DNA of 60,697 nucleotides, counting the filler, from Porpidia crustulata (lineage: Eukaryota), in NCBI GenBank assembly GCA_964255105.1. It is 8 parts of 8 records of this genome, joined end to end, with 100 filler letters (N's around TTAATTAATTAA, not from the genome) between each part and the next. Parts side by side here need not be neighbours in the genome. Positions count along the whole stretch, not along the records: positions 30,419 to 37,914 come from CAXUWE010001307.1; positions 38,015 to 45,510 come from CAXUWE010001308.1; positions 45,611 to 53,104 come from CAXUWE010001309.1; 5 more parts are not named here. One strand, 5' to 3'. The notes below the pieces were generated by a model. That model made no database searches, was not told where the DNA came from, and saw only the letters and a program-made list of their open reading frames with translations. The translations under genes were made by a program, and so were the position numbers. Of this stretch, positions 33,645-47,530 are shown one piece after another. The first letter of the stretch is position 1, and each line of letters begins with the position of its first letter.

Positions 33645-36323
33645 ATGGCAGCTTCGACTGCTACACCTGGTCGGCGCTCATTAGCCCGTCCTCGACCTTC
33701 GTTAGGCCAATCGATTAGTACAACTAGCACACCAAACCTACTGGCCGCCGTCACTGCGACGCAACGGCCCCCCTTACCTCCACCTCAGTCACAAAGCTTT
33801 CGCGATACCTCTGCGCGCAACGTCTCATCTAACCAGTCAGGCTCAAGTCCCATCGCCAAAGCATTTAGAGACAATCAAGGCCAAGAGGTAGGCTCGAGCC
33901 CATTCACAATGCCTCCCACCACACCAGCCACAAATAGGACTGTCAGCGGGGACGCCATTGGAAATGCCAATCTAGAAGTGGGGGATACGGTGGACGTGCC
34001 TGGGGGCATGTATGGCGTGGTCAAGTTCATTGGCGAGGTCAGAGGCAAGAAAGGCATATTTGCAGGCGTAGAGCTCAGCAGAGAATTCGCTGCCCGGGGA
34101 AAAAATGATGGGGACGTTGAAGGGTAAATCTTAGCAGATTGAAACCGAAACACTGGACTGACGATCGGACGTAGGACACGATACTTTACCACAACGCTCC
34201 CTGGAGCAGGAATATTCCTCCCATCTAGCAAGGCTTACAGGAGGGCCTCTCCTGCAGGATCCAACGATTCATTTCCAATGACACCGACAACCCCCTCCCT
34301 TACAGCTTTCAATCTCGGAGGGCGAGCAAATGGTAATGCCTACACGCCGCCTACGCCCGCAATGTCCAGATTCAGCCAGTCTGTAGGCCCCGGTCGAGCA
34401 GCCAGTCCCACGCTTCGAAAGCAATCACGTCCATCCCTACCTCGACCAGAGTCTCCTTTACGTAAAGGCCAGAATGTAAATTCTACGCCCGCAGGCAGGC
34501 CATCAATTGGAGCGCCAAAGTTTTCAAAGTCCCAAGTTGGGAGCACACGATACGCACCTAGTCCTGTGCCTGGCAAGTTTGGGTCCAGTCTTCGTATGGG
34601 GAAAAGCACAGCAACTGGGGATCCAGGGAAGAAGGCTGTAAATCTACCGAAGAATAGCATGGCGACTCCCGTCAGCGCAAGACCTGCATCTCGCAGTCAA
34701 TCTCGACTTGGGCCTGAGGCAATGTTTGACGAGGATCCAGACACCACCCCTATTGGGGTTGCGAAAAGTACTTACGGTGCTCCAGGCGGCAAGCCCAGGT
34801 CGCGCCCAATATCTGGTCAGAACAGCGAGATAGAAAGGCTCAAATCCCAATTGGAAGATCGTGACAAACAGCTCACTGAGATGTCCTCAAATCTAGCTGA
34901 AATGGAGAATAGCGTTGCGGAATTACAATCGGTAATGCCAAAACAGAGTTCAAATAACTCGGCCCGAGGATCTAGAGGTTCTGCAATTGATGATGCGGAC
35001 GCTACGCAGTTGCGAGCTGTCTTACGGGAGAAAAATGAAAAGATTGCTATGCTGACTGCTGACTTTGATGCCCACCGGGCGGATTTCCGAAGTACTATTG
35101 ACACCCTAGAGCTTGCCAGTACGGAGACTGAGCGAGTCTACGAGAGAAGGGTTGAAGATCTCTCTCAAGAAATTCGAGAACTCCAGGGAAGCGGTGAGGA
35201 TGTAGACAGCGTTGTTCAACAGCTGAAGGTGCTCGAGGACTTGGTGCAAGAGCTTGAAGAAGGGCTGGAAGATGCTAGGAGAGGTGAAGCAGAGGCAAGA
35301 GGTGAAGTCGAATTCTTGAGAGGCGAAGTGGAAAGAGGTCGGTCGGAGCTACGGCGTGAAAGAGAAAAGGCAGCGAGTACGATCAAGGGAGCAGGGAGCG
35401 GCATGGAAAATGGGCTTACCGCGAATGGAATATCGCGCGAGGTTGAGCAGAGAGATGATGAGATCCGAGGTCTGAAGGCCATTATTCACTCACTGAGTCG
35501 TGACGCTGTATCCGAAGGAGCCCCCAGGCCGGGCAGCAATAGAGGCTCCAAACATAGAGACAGCACTCACGGTCAAGCAAATGGGCACACTAACGATCAA
35601 TTAGCAGACGAGCGCCATGCCAGAGAGAAGCTTGAACGTGAAGTGAAAGAGCTGGAGGGTCTGGTGGATCGGAAAACATACCGCGAAGAGGAGCTTGAAC
35701 ACGAAATCGAACGTTTGAGAAACGCTAATGCGACAGGCAAACATGATAGCTCAGGAAGCAACGGTTTCTCCGAACGGACGGTCATGCCCGGTGGTCGTGG
35801 CTCGGGTCCTCACGGCATGGGGATCTCGTCCGATCTACGGGAAAAGACTTTCTCGCTAGATTCCCACCGTCGTGGCGGCCATTTCGAAGCTGTACCAGAG
35901 GTCGACACCCATTCAACCGTGACCGATGGGAGCAATCTCTGGTGCGACATTTGTGACACTGGTGGACACGACATATTGACCTGTACCAACATGTTTGGCA
36001 ATCCAGCCGGTAAAGGAACGGAAGCAGATCAGCCAAAGTCCAGTCCCAATTCGCAACGAATAGGGCGCGATGTGGTGAGAGAAGGTCTGAAAGGGCTGGC
36101 CGTATCATCACCGCATGATGATGACCGTGTGGCGCCTCTAAGCCCCTCACGGAAAAGCCCTGCGGCTACACCGAAGGCACATCAGCCTCCGATGCCAAAC
36201 CCAATGGATCAAGAAATGGTGGCAGGCAAGGCTAGTGGGATCATCGATGGGAGCAAGTGGTGTGCCCTGTGTGAGAGAGATGGACATGAGAGCGTAGATT
36301 GTCCTTTTGATGACGCCTACTGA
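33645..36323 (+). CDS. clipA: CLIP-170 homolog (CAP-Gly, coiled coil, two zinc knuckles)
   Basis: CAP-Gly (GVVKFIG...FAGVEL...GKNDGDVEGTRYF) across intron 34124-34174; long coiled coil; WCDICDTGGHDILTC and WCALCERDGHESVDC; acidic-aromatic end DDAY*. Confidence 0.88.
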
Positions 36324-37006
36324 TGTATAGGAATTGACTGCGATGAGAAAATATCTTTGTGGGATGATATAGGAATGGCCGCAAGGCTTTTTGGGGTCTT
36401 GGGCAGAGGAAATTTTTCATTTGGCAGGTGGGTAGTTATTCAGGGTCAAGGGTGCATTGCGTTGGCAGTTATGGCTATGGGCTCCAAGATACTTGTATAT
36501 CCCTCCGGTTGATACTGTGATTACTGTTTACGACGTAAATACTTCTTAACGAATCTTGAGAAGGACTCGGCGGGATAGCACGGTGCGGTAGAGCCCCTAT
36601 TTTTTCCAGGAGATCTCCAAGCATACATCTTGTGATCTTGAGATCAACATTTAGTGCGAGCAAAATCTCATGGAACAGCACTTTGAAGATCTTTACCCAA
36701 GCCATCCGAACATATCATCACAATGTCTCGAAGACAGTTCCGCAGCGGAATGTGTCCCGCTCCACCCCCTGCACCTCAATTACGGCAGCTTAGACCTTGG
36801 CATCCTTACTTCCGCTGTCAAATTGAGGAACAAGTAGACAAACGTGTTCACCGTAGAGCGCCCCCACTTAACCAGAGGATTCGAAGCTCCAACTTCATCG
36901 AAGAAGAATCACACTACCGCCATCAGCAAATGCTGGGTGAACTCGATTGATTTGAGCTGACGCGCCCTCATCCACCTTGGGGCCGCGTCCTATCCACCAC
37001 GCAGCT

Positions 37007-37914
37007 ATGGCGCAATCCATAATGAACATCCTAGACTCGCTCTGGGCCTGTATGTCTTGTCTCCCAAGTTCGCCAAAGCTCAAGATCAACAATCGAGGCT
37101 TCAAGATGCTGCGATTGCTCGGCGAAGTAAAAGCCTCCCAAATTTCCTCGCGGTAATGCTCTTGAGCTAACCCTCAAGTGCTACATCAGGGGGGCTTCTC
37201 ATATGTCTATTTGGTCGAAGAGACAACGACGTCTCAACTTTACGCGCTGAAGAAGATTCGCTGTCCCTTTGGCCAAGAATCTGTCTCCCTCGCCCTGAAG
37301 GAAGTCGAAGCTTACACCCTGTTTACGCCGCACCCCAACATCATCGCTTCCGTGGACTATTCCGTTGCTTCTGCAAGAGACAAATCAGATCCTGGCAGCA
37401 AGACGGTCTACATACTTCTCCCTTACTATCGAAGAGGAAACCTACAGGACGCCATAAATGCAAATCTAGTGAATCACACCAAGTTTCCCGAGAGAAGGCT
37501 TATGGTGTTATTCCTCGGTGTTGCCAGAGCCCTCAAGGCAATGCATCAATACAGAGTCAAGGGCGCGCCTGGAGGGCCTGTTGCACAGAAAAAGGCGAAG
37601 GGGGTCCGGCAAGACGCCGCGGTGGCGGACGAAGATGCAGCGAGGAAAGCCAAGGGGAAGCGGCGGCAGGAAGTGCCCGATCGAGACGAAGAGGATATTG
37701 AGCAGGAACCGTTGATGGGAGGGGAGGTCACCAGAAGCCAAGAAGGCGTTGGAGACGGCGAAGTCAGAGCGTATGCGCATCGCGATATAAAACCCGGTGA
37801 ACTTCACTCCATCTTTGATCAACCGTAACCATCACCTTCAAAGCCCTAGCTAACAACCCACACATAGGCAACATCATGATCGCCGACGACGGCCGCACCC
37901 CTATCCTCATGGAC
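37007..37914 (+). CDS. ENV7: Ser/Thr kinase Env7/STK16 (NAK family), 3' truncated
   Basis: Exons 37007-37126, 37190-37796, 37868-37914; N-terminal Cys pair (ACMSCLP), LGEGGFSYVYLV, YALKKIRCP, HRDIKPGNIM...PILMD. Confidence 0.9.
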
Positions 37915-38014
37915 NNNNNNNNNNNNNNNNNNNNNNNNNNNNNNNNNNNNNNNNNNNNTTAATTAATTAANNNNNNNNNNNNNNNNNNNNNNNNNNNNNN
38001 NNNNNNNNNNNNNN

Positions 38015-39375
38015 AGGCAGTAGTGCGCCGGGTCTTTGGGCGGGTCGGCGTCTGGAGGGCCGTTGCCGAGGTCGGCGGGGGGGTGGGTTGGCTGGTCCAG
38101 GGGGTTTTCTTGTTGGGAGGGGGATTTGAGGCGGCGGATGAAGAATTCGCCGGAGTATGCGATGTAAATGTTCACGTCGCTGTGCATGGTGTGTTTTGAC
38201 AATAAATCGATGCCGAATTCCTTTCCGGTTTCGGTGAATCGCCATTGGCCGTCCAGGTTGAGGACGTAGGTGTATATACGGCCGCCGCTGTCGTAATGGA
38301 CCAGGTCTAGAAATTTGAGGGTCATCTCTTTGCAAGGGTGGGCAAAAGAACCGTAGACAGTCGTACGATCGTAATTGTAGACGCGGGCGTGCTGGTGATG
38401 GAGCGCGCGGTTGAGGATCCGGCCACGCAGTGAGTGGGAAGTGAACATGCCGGCGACAAAGGGTTTGAACTCGACGTAACGATGGTACAGTTCGTGTGGC
38501 ACAGGACCTTCAAGCTGGAATTGATTTGCTTGGAAACTACGATATCATAAGCTTGAGTGAGAAGGATGGAGTTTGTTCATGACCAACTTGTACTTCTCGG
38601 TCTGTCCCTGTTTACCCTGTCCAGGGTCCTTTGTCCCGGCTAGTCTCCCAATCATGGGGCTGAGATGCTGAGTCCAATGACATGGACCGATTGTCCACGG
38701 TCTACCGCCATTGTCGACGTCTGTTCTGCCGAGCACTTTGATACTGATTACAAGATCCCCCGACATGTGTAGACCTCGTGAGAACATCGCTGCGCAGCCT
38801 CTTATGAGATACGCTCTTTTGCTCCCCATTCTTTTCTTGATCTTGTATGCTTGCTCTCTTATGCCATTCCAATTCTCATCGATCTTCTCCACATTGACGT
38901 GCACGTTACCCAACCTATCATCGTGGTCTGCAGGATCCTCATCGTATAGTCGTAGCTTGAGTGCAAAGCCACTGGAGGGAATGTTGGCGACGATCCATTC
39001 GGCATTCCACTCTGGGTTCGTATTTCTTCTGATGGTTGGCGTCCGGAATTGCATGTCTGGATCTTGTTTGTGCCTCATTGGTAGTGCAGTCTTCAGTGTT
39101 GCCTTCACGTAAGGATCCGAGGACAGTGAGTTTATGTCTGCCATTGGGAGATTGGTTGCGCGGTGAAATGTAAACTTGACTGTATATCCAGGAGGGACTT
39201 CTGGAATTGGCGTCTTGTCCAAACCACCAGCTGGTTGTTTATCGGGGTTTGAGCCCTTGCCATGTTGCAGCGCTTTCTCTTGCAGTTCACCCGTCTTGTC
39301 GACGAACTTGGTTCCGATGGCATCGCTACGATGCCCGTTAGGCTGCGAGGGTTCAGTGTCCATCTCGTCCTCCAT
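38015..39375 (-). CDS. Fungal C2-domain protein, 3' truncated
   Basis: C2 motifs FTFHRATNLPMADINSLSSDPY, TPTIRRNTNPEWN, LYDEDPADHDDRLG; intron 38587-38537; C-terminal region RFTETGKEFGIDLLSKHTMHS. Confidence 0.85.
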
Positions 39376-40433
39376 GATTGCCACCGAGATTGAAGCCTAC
39401 GCGGGTCGCCACGACTTGGCCATCAATGCACAACCGCATCCGCAGATCAGGTTTCTTGTCCGTCATCCTGTTCCGCTACAGGGTCACATAAGCTTTTGCG
39501 CTTATGATATTAGTGGATTGTTTAAAACAGAACGTGCCGAAAGCCGAAGCCCTAACCCTAGCATTTGGTAGGATGAGATGTCGACTTCTTGGGTCGAACC
39601 AGAGCCTCTACAACAGATGCCCAGATTAGAAATTCTTCCAGCGATGTAATGATAGACTTGAGAGATTCCTTTCCCAATGAAATAAACAACCACTAAGACT
39701 GATGGACTGTCATTTTGATTGAGCTCATCAACTCAAGGCTTTTCACGTGATCTATAGAAACTGGTTTATTTGGGTCTCTGTTCAGCACTACAGATCACTA
39801 GTTGGCTTCTTTTATTCCTTGTATCGCTATGGCCTTGCTCAGCACTTACCAACAAGTCCCATGGAGCTGTATGTTCTCCTACTGACCAGCCTACCTTTAC
39901 TTTGGTCTTCGAACGAGCGTCCCTGCAAGACACGTTATTAAGCCTAGTCCCCCGAGGAAAGTCAATTTGCACCAGTACTTTATGTTTGATTGCCCATATT
40001 CTGATTGGAAAACGCCAGCACAGACACGCTGAGCACCGAAAATCTGTGTGGATAACCAGGCAACCCCTAAACGTGGCACTAGATTTTGTCACTGGGCGAA
40101 TGGAGGCTGATGACCAAGGTCATGTACGTAGAAGATCCTTTTTTTGTTAGTGCAATTAGCTATGATCGAGAATGATGGAGAGTTTCGCAGAGAAGGATCA
40201 CAACGTTGACTAGAAACCGGCAAACGATATGGCAGCATTTCCTACGATTGGCCAAGCACATTGAGCATGCGTGGTCAGATTTTGACCCTTGTACTGCTTG
40301 ACTTTTTGATCGGATCTCTGCACACAGAGATTTGAGCCAACCACGGTATGTGTGGCAGCCTGATAGGATGGTTTTCATATTGAAGAGATAATTGTCTCGA
40401 ATGTTTCTGATTCGGAAGAAGACTCGGGATAAG

Positions 40434-41988
40434 TCACACATTTTTGCTGACCAACTCTTCCTTTCTTTGTGTTTCTGCATCCTTAGTTGCAGAGAGCGAC
40501 GACCCGACGAGTGTTGCCGACTTGTGCTCCTGAGATTTTGGAGGAACTTGCTGAGCAGGTCTCTTAGGAAGCGTAGCCAATTCATCGACAGATTCTAGCA
40601 GATTCCAATCGGACCACGAAGGTACCCTGTCTGGATCAATCTTAAGAGCTTCTTTCCAAGAGATCCTCCCGACAGGAATATTATTTTGAGATGGCTCGTC
40701 CACAACACTCGGCTCCTCCCCCGCTGTCCAGGCTGCGGTGGTGTCATCCTTGCCGAAAGTATTCGCCCATATGAATCGACCGTCGCTGTCCTTCTCAACA
40801 ACGCCCTTCTCAGTCACAATGCCGTCGATAAGCTCGGCAGGGGTCACGTCAAAGGCTGGATTCCAGGCGTGTGTATTCTCAGCTGCGATTCTAATCTCCT
40901 GAGTAGACTGCGTCACAAGAAATCCTTGACCTTTGACCAAACTGTCGAAGGCCAAGCCTTTCATCGTGGTCATTTCTTCAGCGGGACGCTCTTCAATTTT
41001 AATATCAGAGCCCGAGGCTGTACTCAAATCGACGGTAGTCCAAGGGGCTGCGACAAGGAACTTTACACCATGGAAACGAGCCAATATTGCCAACGCATAG
41101 GTGCCGATCTTGTTCGCAGTGTCTCCATTGGCAGCGACTCGGTCCGCACCAACTACGATGGCCACAATGTTCTCAGATTCACCCTTTTGACGAAGAAGAG
41201 CTGCGGCCATCGAGTCTGTCACTAGCGTTGCTGGAATCTCATCGTGAATCAGCTCGTATCCTGTGAGACGTGATCCTTGATTATATGGCCTGGTCTCGGT
41301 ATAGAAACAACGCCGGAGTGAATCGCCTGCATGCAGGTTTCGAACAATTCCGAGAGCGGTCCCATAACCGGCAGTCGCTAAGGAGCTACGCTTGTCCTTT
41401 AGATAATCCTCAATGGCCAGTGGTCTACTAGGCACAGACTCACCCGGTGTTGCAGTGCGTAAGCACACTGACTTTGCTTACAACCTTTCCTGCGCTAGCA
41501 TTCTTTAGTATCCATTTTGCACCGTATTCTCCGATGTTCTTATTATCCTGCACATCATCAATGAGCATCTGTTCCGCCGCCTTTATGTATGCTTCAATCA
41601 CAGACAGGCCCGTCGAGCCAGGCTTATGAGAGGCAGCCCAGACCACTTCTTCCAACTTCCTGGCGGCATCAGCAAGATTAACGGCAGTAGGTCTGCTGGT
41701 GACAAGATATTTCAGACTGTGTGATAAGTCGGTTGGCATGTTCTGATTTTGAGGTCGCTCAAGACTTTCATGTTCTCGCCTTTGGTGGATGTATGAAGCA
41801 CCCCATACTGCTAGACTCAAAGCAGCAACGATAGCTATGGCCGGGGCACCGCGAACTTGCATTGTTCTAATCGCGTTACGAGCATCTTCAGCGTCTAGAA
41901 TGTCAATGTACACTTCCTGATGGGGCAGTTTCAACTGATCAAGGATTTCGAGTTTGCCCCGGGTGTACTTGATCGCTTGTAAAACCAT
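40434..41988 (-). CDS. MRI1: Methylthioribose-1-phosphate isomerase
   Basis: [41 protein letters not shown] (intron 41443-41386), [35 protein letters not shown]. Confidence 0.95.
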
Positions 41989-42942
41989 ACTCAGGGTGCC
42001 ACTCCTATGCTGTAGGCCTGTTAGTGTTATCTCACTGTTCTTTCTGATCACCCATAGAACATGCAGGGCGTTCCAGGACTCCGTACCAGGCAGGGATGAC
42101 AGGTGACAGCCGAAAGTGGGTACTTCTAGTGGATTGACTTACCGAAATCCAGTCAGACATGAATAGGCTATTCAGGAGTCTCACACAAGCGAGACGCTAA
42201 CCAAATGAGAGTAAATATGAATCACTAGGGTACAAGACCGATCAGGACCACTCGAGTTGTGATTGGTGTAATCCTCTGGCGCACGTGGCTTTGCGCTCAC
42301 CACGCTACTTGGCCTCAGTAGACCCTATTTTTACCTACAGTTGTGATTTCCACTGGGTATCAAAATGACTCGCTCGAGCTAACTTCAGCCGCAATACTAT
42401 TTTACGATTGTCGCCCTATTGAGTGTCGTAAATAGCGTGAGCTATGCCCGGAAGGGGGAGCCATGCCGGGACGCTACTCATGGTCAGGCACTTGGCACGC
42501 AGGGCGACTTACATCGTTGGAGAACCCCCAAACGGCAGAGATTACAGGATGTCCAGCCTCCTTCGAATCTTCAACTCTCGAGCTCTTTCGGTCGACTATA
42601 TGGGTTTCACCCTTCACGACTCCGCAAGTATCGGATTCCAGATAGTAAAGCGAAACCGAATATAGTCGATAACGATAGGTTCTTAAAAAGCCGAAGATTG
42701 GGGTTGCCTTTAGACCATGTCGTATGTTCGTGACGCCAAGGGCGACATGAAACACCATAATAGCCAGCTCACTAGATAGTCCACGCGAAGGATCCTCGAC
42801 CCTGCATTGATATGCAGCTTATTTATCTACTATCAATTAGCACGAACTCATAGCTGAAGATTCTTTTTGCTTTCCATAATGCTATGCATCCTCATCAACA
42901 AGCGTCGCCAATGTGAGCTTTTCTGTCGTTTCTGTATTTGAG

Positions 42943-45399
42943 ATGCAATTGCTTTTATGGCTCGCAGGCAGCCTGCTTTGCTTTGCGGCGGCCACCTGCC
43001 AGCCTTTGCAATTGCTTGAAAGCAGAGATCTTGATGATGGCCTCTCACTCAGTAGCCTTGTGGCTCGACAAGCTTCAGCAACTGTCGCCAACTCGGATTT
43101 CTATCGACGAGGTTACCATGCATGTAAATTCTCCTACCAAAGGCTTACTTCGTCGTCGGCTTCTAATTGTCTCTAGCTGCTGTTGCTGGCAATTGGATCT
43201 ATATAGATGGCGGGGAAATCTCATACAAGAGTAACGGAAACGTCACTTTTCAATACTGTATGTACTTGACGCGGTCGTCGCTGGATGCTGCATGCTCACC
43301 TTATATTCTCCAGCAACATCCCTGCTTTCTATCGATCTATCTAAATCGTGGACTAATTCAACGGTGGAAATACACGCGAACAGCAAGCCAGATGCAGTGC
43401 CGAGTCTTGTCAATCCCTCTCTCTGGTACAGCGAGCAAGACAAGGTTTTATATTCCGGCTTCGCTGGGAGAATATCCCTCTACGCAGATAAACCACCGCC
43501 AGTCGAGTTGCAACTATGGTCTTTCAAGCCAGATGGCGCCGGAAGTGGCAGCTGGACCGAAGTATATGGGGCAAATGACTCGGCATTTGGTTCCATAACG
43601 CGGCCATGGAGATCCATGATGGCTTATGGCGGTGACAGCGCCTTCCTCTTGGGTGGAACAGAAGATTTCCTGACAACTCCCGAAACGGCGTCTAAGCTGG
43701 GCGGCGAAGTAGCTCTGCCTGGACTTGTGCAGTTCAATATGACGACGAAGACATTTTCAAATTCAAGTGCAGCTGGCTATCAGGTCAATGGGACCGCACA
43801 GCGAGGAGTCATGCATTACGTTCCCTCCTTTGGGCCAAATGGACTCTTCTTTGTATTGGGTGGTGACTACATCATTCCGACCGATCTTCGAGACTTCTCG
43901 ACGATCTCGATTTTCGATCCTGCGTCGAAAACATGGCACCAGCAAGCTACGACAGGGTTTATTCCAAAGGCGCGAGTAGAATTCTGCACCGCTGGTGTCA
44001 ATTCAACTAACGGTACATATGAAATGTGCGTACCTTATGTTCCGTTTTCCGCTCCTGCTCTCATACGTTGGATTCGCTGATCCTTATCTAGCTTTATGTA
44101 TGCCGGATGGGATGGGAACCTTGGTGTTGCCGCTGTACCATATGATGAGGTCTACGTCCTCACTTTGCCGGGATTTTACTGGATCAAGGCCAAGTATCCG
44201 GCTGCGCATCCTCGCCATGGCTTAACTTGCAATGCTGTTGGCGGTAGCCAGATACTTACCATTGGTGGAGTGGACACCGACACCACCCAGACTCATACCG
44301 GAACCGGATTTGAATTGGATCAAGCGACTTTCTCTCAGTCCCCAGATCCATTCACGCAAGGTCTTGCTATTTTCGACATGACGACGTTGAGTTTCGCAAG
44401 CCAATTCACCGCTCCGGCTCCGCTATATGTGCAGTCTGGCCCTGTACAAAGTTACTACTCACAAAAGTAAGTAATCTGGGAAACGGAGGTCCGACACTGG
44501 ATAGAAGGCTAAAGTGATCTTATCACAGCATAGCGACAAATTGGAGCTCCCCAGCACTCCAGACGCTTTTCCAAACAACCCATTTCACCAACATAACCAC
44601 CTCTCCTACTAATAATCTACCCTCGACTGGCAATGTCACTTCTTCAACCCCAACGCCAACCCCATCTCCCACACTAAAGTCTAATTTCGCATGCATTGCA
44701 GTCGGTGTTGTCGGCAGCGTACTAGGCTGTGCCTTGATTGGTGTTTTCTCATATTTTCTCCTTAGACGTCGGAGAGCAAAAAAAGTCGCAGCCGCGAAGG
44801 CCGCCGACATAGCTAACGGAGGAAACCTCGGATCCCCCAAGGCGCAAAAGGGTCTCCATGAAATGTACCAACAACCTCCAGAGCTCGCAGGAGGGCATCA
44901 AGATGAAGTACGCGCGGAGTTGCCGGAGGCAGCGATGTTTGAGCTGGACGGAGGGGACCATGGTGGAAATAGGGGGTTTTACGAGCCGCCGAAAGCCCCC
45001 GTCCGAACCCTGAACGACGAGAGCAATCATCCTAGCAAAACAATGAAGGAACCGACCAAAGAGCCCGAGCTTTTCCACGAGCAGGTCAGGGAAGCCCTCC
45101 AAAAATCCATTGCCAAACCAGCCCAAAGCCCACCCTCACCAGCAAACCCGGAAATATCCCCAATCAAATCCGAAGTCTCCCCCGTGCGCGAGTCCGCCAA
45201 TACAAAACCAATCAACAAACCCCTCGCAGACGCGAAAGCATTGCGGCCAGACGACGACCAGGTGTCGCCGGTTGACGGCGTGGTCTCGCCGTTCAGCGAT
45301 GCCTTTTCGCCCGTCAGGACGCCGGGGGCTAGGGGGTTACGGAATCATTCGGTCAACAAGAATTTACCGCCGGAACCGGGGCGGGGGAATGGTTTTTGA
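42943..45399 (+). CDS. Type I membrane protein with kelch/galactose-oxidase-like beta-propeller ectodomain (5 exons)
   Basis: Signal peptide; introns ~43124-43176, 43258-43313, 44026-44091, 44468-44528; YIDGG, LSIDLSKSW, FVLGG, IFDPASKTW..Q.TTG, LTLPGFYW motifs; TM segment followed by RRRRAKK; Pro-rich cytoplasmic tail. Confidence 0.85.
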
Positions 45400-47322
45400 T
45401 GATGGCTGTGTAGATATCATGGGATGGGACGGGATGGCATTGGGTTATAGAACTAATACATTTTTACTTCGCGACATGACCTCAACGCCCCGCCCACGAC
45501 GCGCATGTTCNNNNNNNNNNNNNNNNNNNNNNNNNNNNNNNNNNNNNNNNNNNNTTAATTAATTAANNNNNNNNNNNNNNNNNNNNNNNNNNNNNNNNNN
45601 NNNNNNNNNNCCCCCCAACTACCCTCATCTCCATCATCCCATTTACCGCCACAAAATCCCCTTACCTTTTCATCACCCTCACCTTCCCTTCTCGCCGCTT
45701 CGTATCATTTTCTCTCTTCGTAGTGTTTGTCTCCTGTCATGAACCTTAGGGAATGTTCTACCACTGAATAAGTACGTAGGTGTAGATATTATCTTTTAGA
45801 TAGACCTGTGGGATTTAGATTCCGTATAGTTGGTGATTATAGGGTGTTAGATATGTTTGTTTAGGTAATGTTTTTCTGGGGGGGTTTGAGGGGGAAAAGG
45901 TTGTTGCTCATTTGCTTGGTAGTCTTCGTAGCTTTTGTACCAGTATTTGCGTTTCCGCTTGGCTCGCTTTGTAGTACTCAATTCTCCTTTTATTGTATTC
46001 ACCACTATCTATCTACACGCACCCCCAATATCGCAAACCACATCCCCACACTTCGAAAAAACACGTACATTGTTACCACGACCTTTTTGAGCCCTAATCG
46101 CCGTTGTGTGGAGTTATACTATCCAGTGCGTTTCTACCGAGCTGTTTGAGTCGGATCAGAAAAATCCTCAACCCCTTTTGAAGAAAAAGAAAAAAGGATC
46201 AAAATCAGAGCGGAGCCATCGGCGAATAAGGTGGCATGGAAGCAAAAGACCTGCATTACATCCGCGAAGCGTAGATAGATCATGCGCGCTCAGAAATTGC
46301 AGTCGACAAAAAAGTCTCTTCCCCCAGGCGATAGAAACGATAAATTCCCAATCGAAGCCATAGATTCCCCTCTTCCAATAATCATCGTGGGTCAAAAAGT
46401 AGAGAGAGCGCCATGATGCACGTCTACAATACTCAAGCCGCGAGCTTTTATCGAATGAATCCGTCAAGCTCGGGGTTATCGGTCTGTCCGACACCCCAAG
46501 CGATAAGGGGTGGCCTAAGAACACTGCCTCTGCCGCCTGTAGGGGCTTTTTCACGCAAGCGTAAGGAACTATACTTGAAATAAGTAATATCCGAGTTTTT
46601 CAAGATAAAACTACATTCAACTTACGAAACATCGAGCTCAACGCCACGCGAGCACATCCGCGGAACTCCTTTCATCGACAACAATTCCGATGACGATAGC
46701 ACTACCAGTGTCTTTGCCCAAGGGAGTGCAGAATTTACATCGACGCCGTACTAAGGCGAGTTAATTGATAGTTCTTGGAGCGCTATTGGATAGGGTGATG
46801 GGAAATGGAGGATATCAGGTCGTGAGGTGGTGGACTTCGCTCGTCAACCTATACTCTACCCATCTCCTCCAGCGCAAAAAAGCCATCACCAAAAGCTGAC
46901 CTCCGACATGACGACTTAGGGAGTCACACTCAATGCATCATGTAGTAGCCCCGGTGACCATAACAAGACGAAGAGAATCAACACCCAAAGGGCTATTGTC
47001 AATGCCACGGCCGCCATGGCTGTTGTGATTATAAATAGATGTTGCTCGAAATCGCTATAGAATTAACAAATACAATCAAGCTATGTAAATTTGTCGAGAT
47101 GGTGGAAGTATGGTGTTGAAATGTGTACGGAACTTAGTTGATTGCTATGGCTGGGGCCAAAGGCCCCTTCTATATACGTTGGGTGGCTGGATCTAGTCAT
47201 GTGACACGTCACATCACTCCTAGCTTATGAATGTAATTGCCTGTTTCCAACACTCCCACACATTGATATGCTAAGTAGGAAAAGAAAATATCATAAATTC
47301 GGCTGGGCATCGCGTCAAGATA

Positions 47323-47530
47323 GGACACCTCGTGTACTCGCTTGAGTATCGCGGCAAGACATCTCGTGTACTCGCTTGAGCATCGCGGCAGGACATTGCG
47401 GCAGGACATCTCGTGCACTCGCTTGGACATCGCGCCAGGACATCTCGTGTACTCGTTTGGATATCGCGCCAGGAAAGGAGATCTCACGTATTCGCTTGGA
47501 GATCGCGCCAGGACAGGACATCTCGTGTCA
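47323..47530. repeat. 34-bp minisatellite (~5 full units plus partials)
   Basis: GGACATCTCGTGTACTCGCTTG(A/G)(G/A)YATCGCG(G/C)CA units at 47323, 47357, 47404, 47438 and 47477. Confidence 0.9.

Noticed and set aside
46168..47018. Possible spliced minus-strand gene with hydrophobic N-terminus
   Set aside because: Candidate splice phases do not join to the 128-aa ORF, and there is no recognisable domain.
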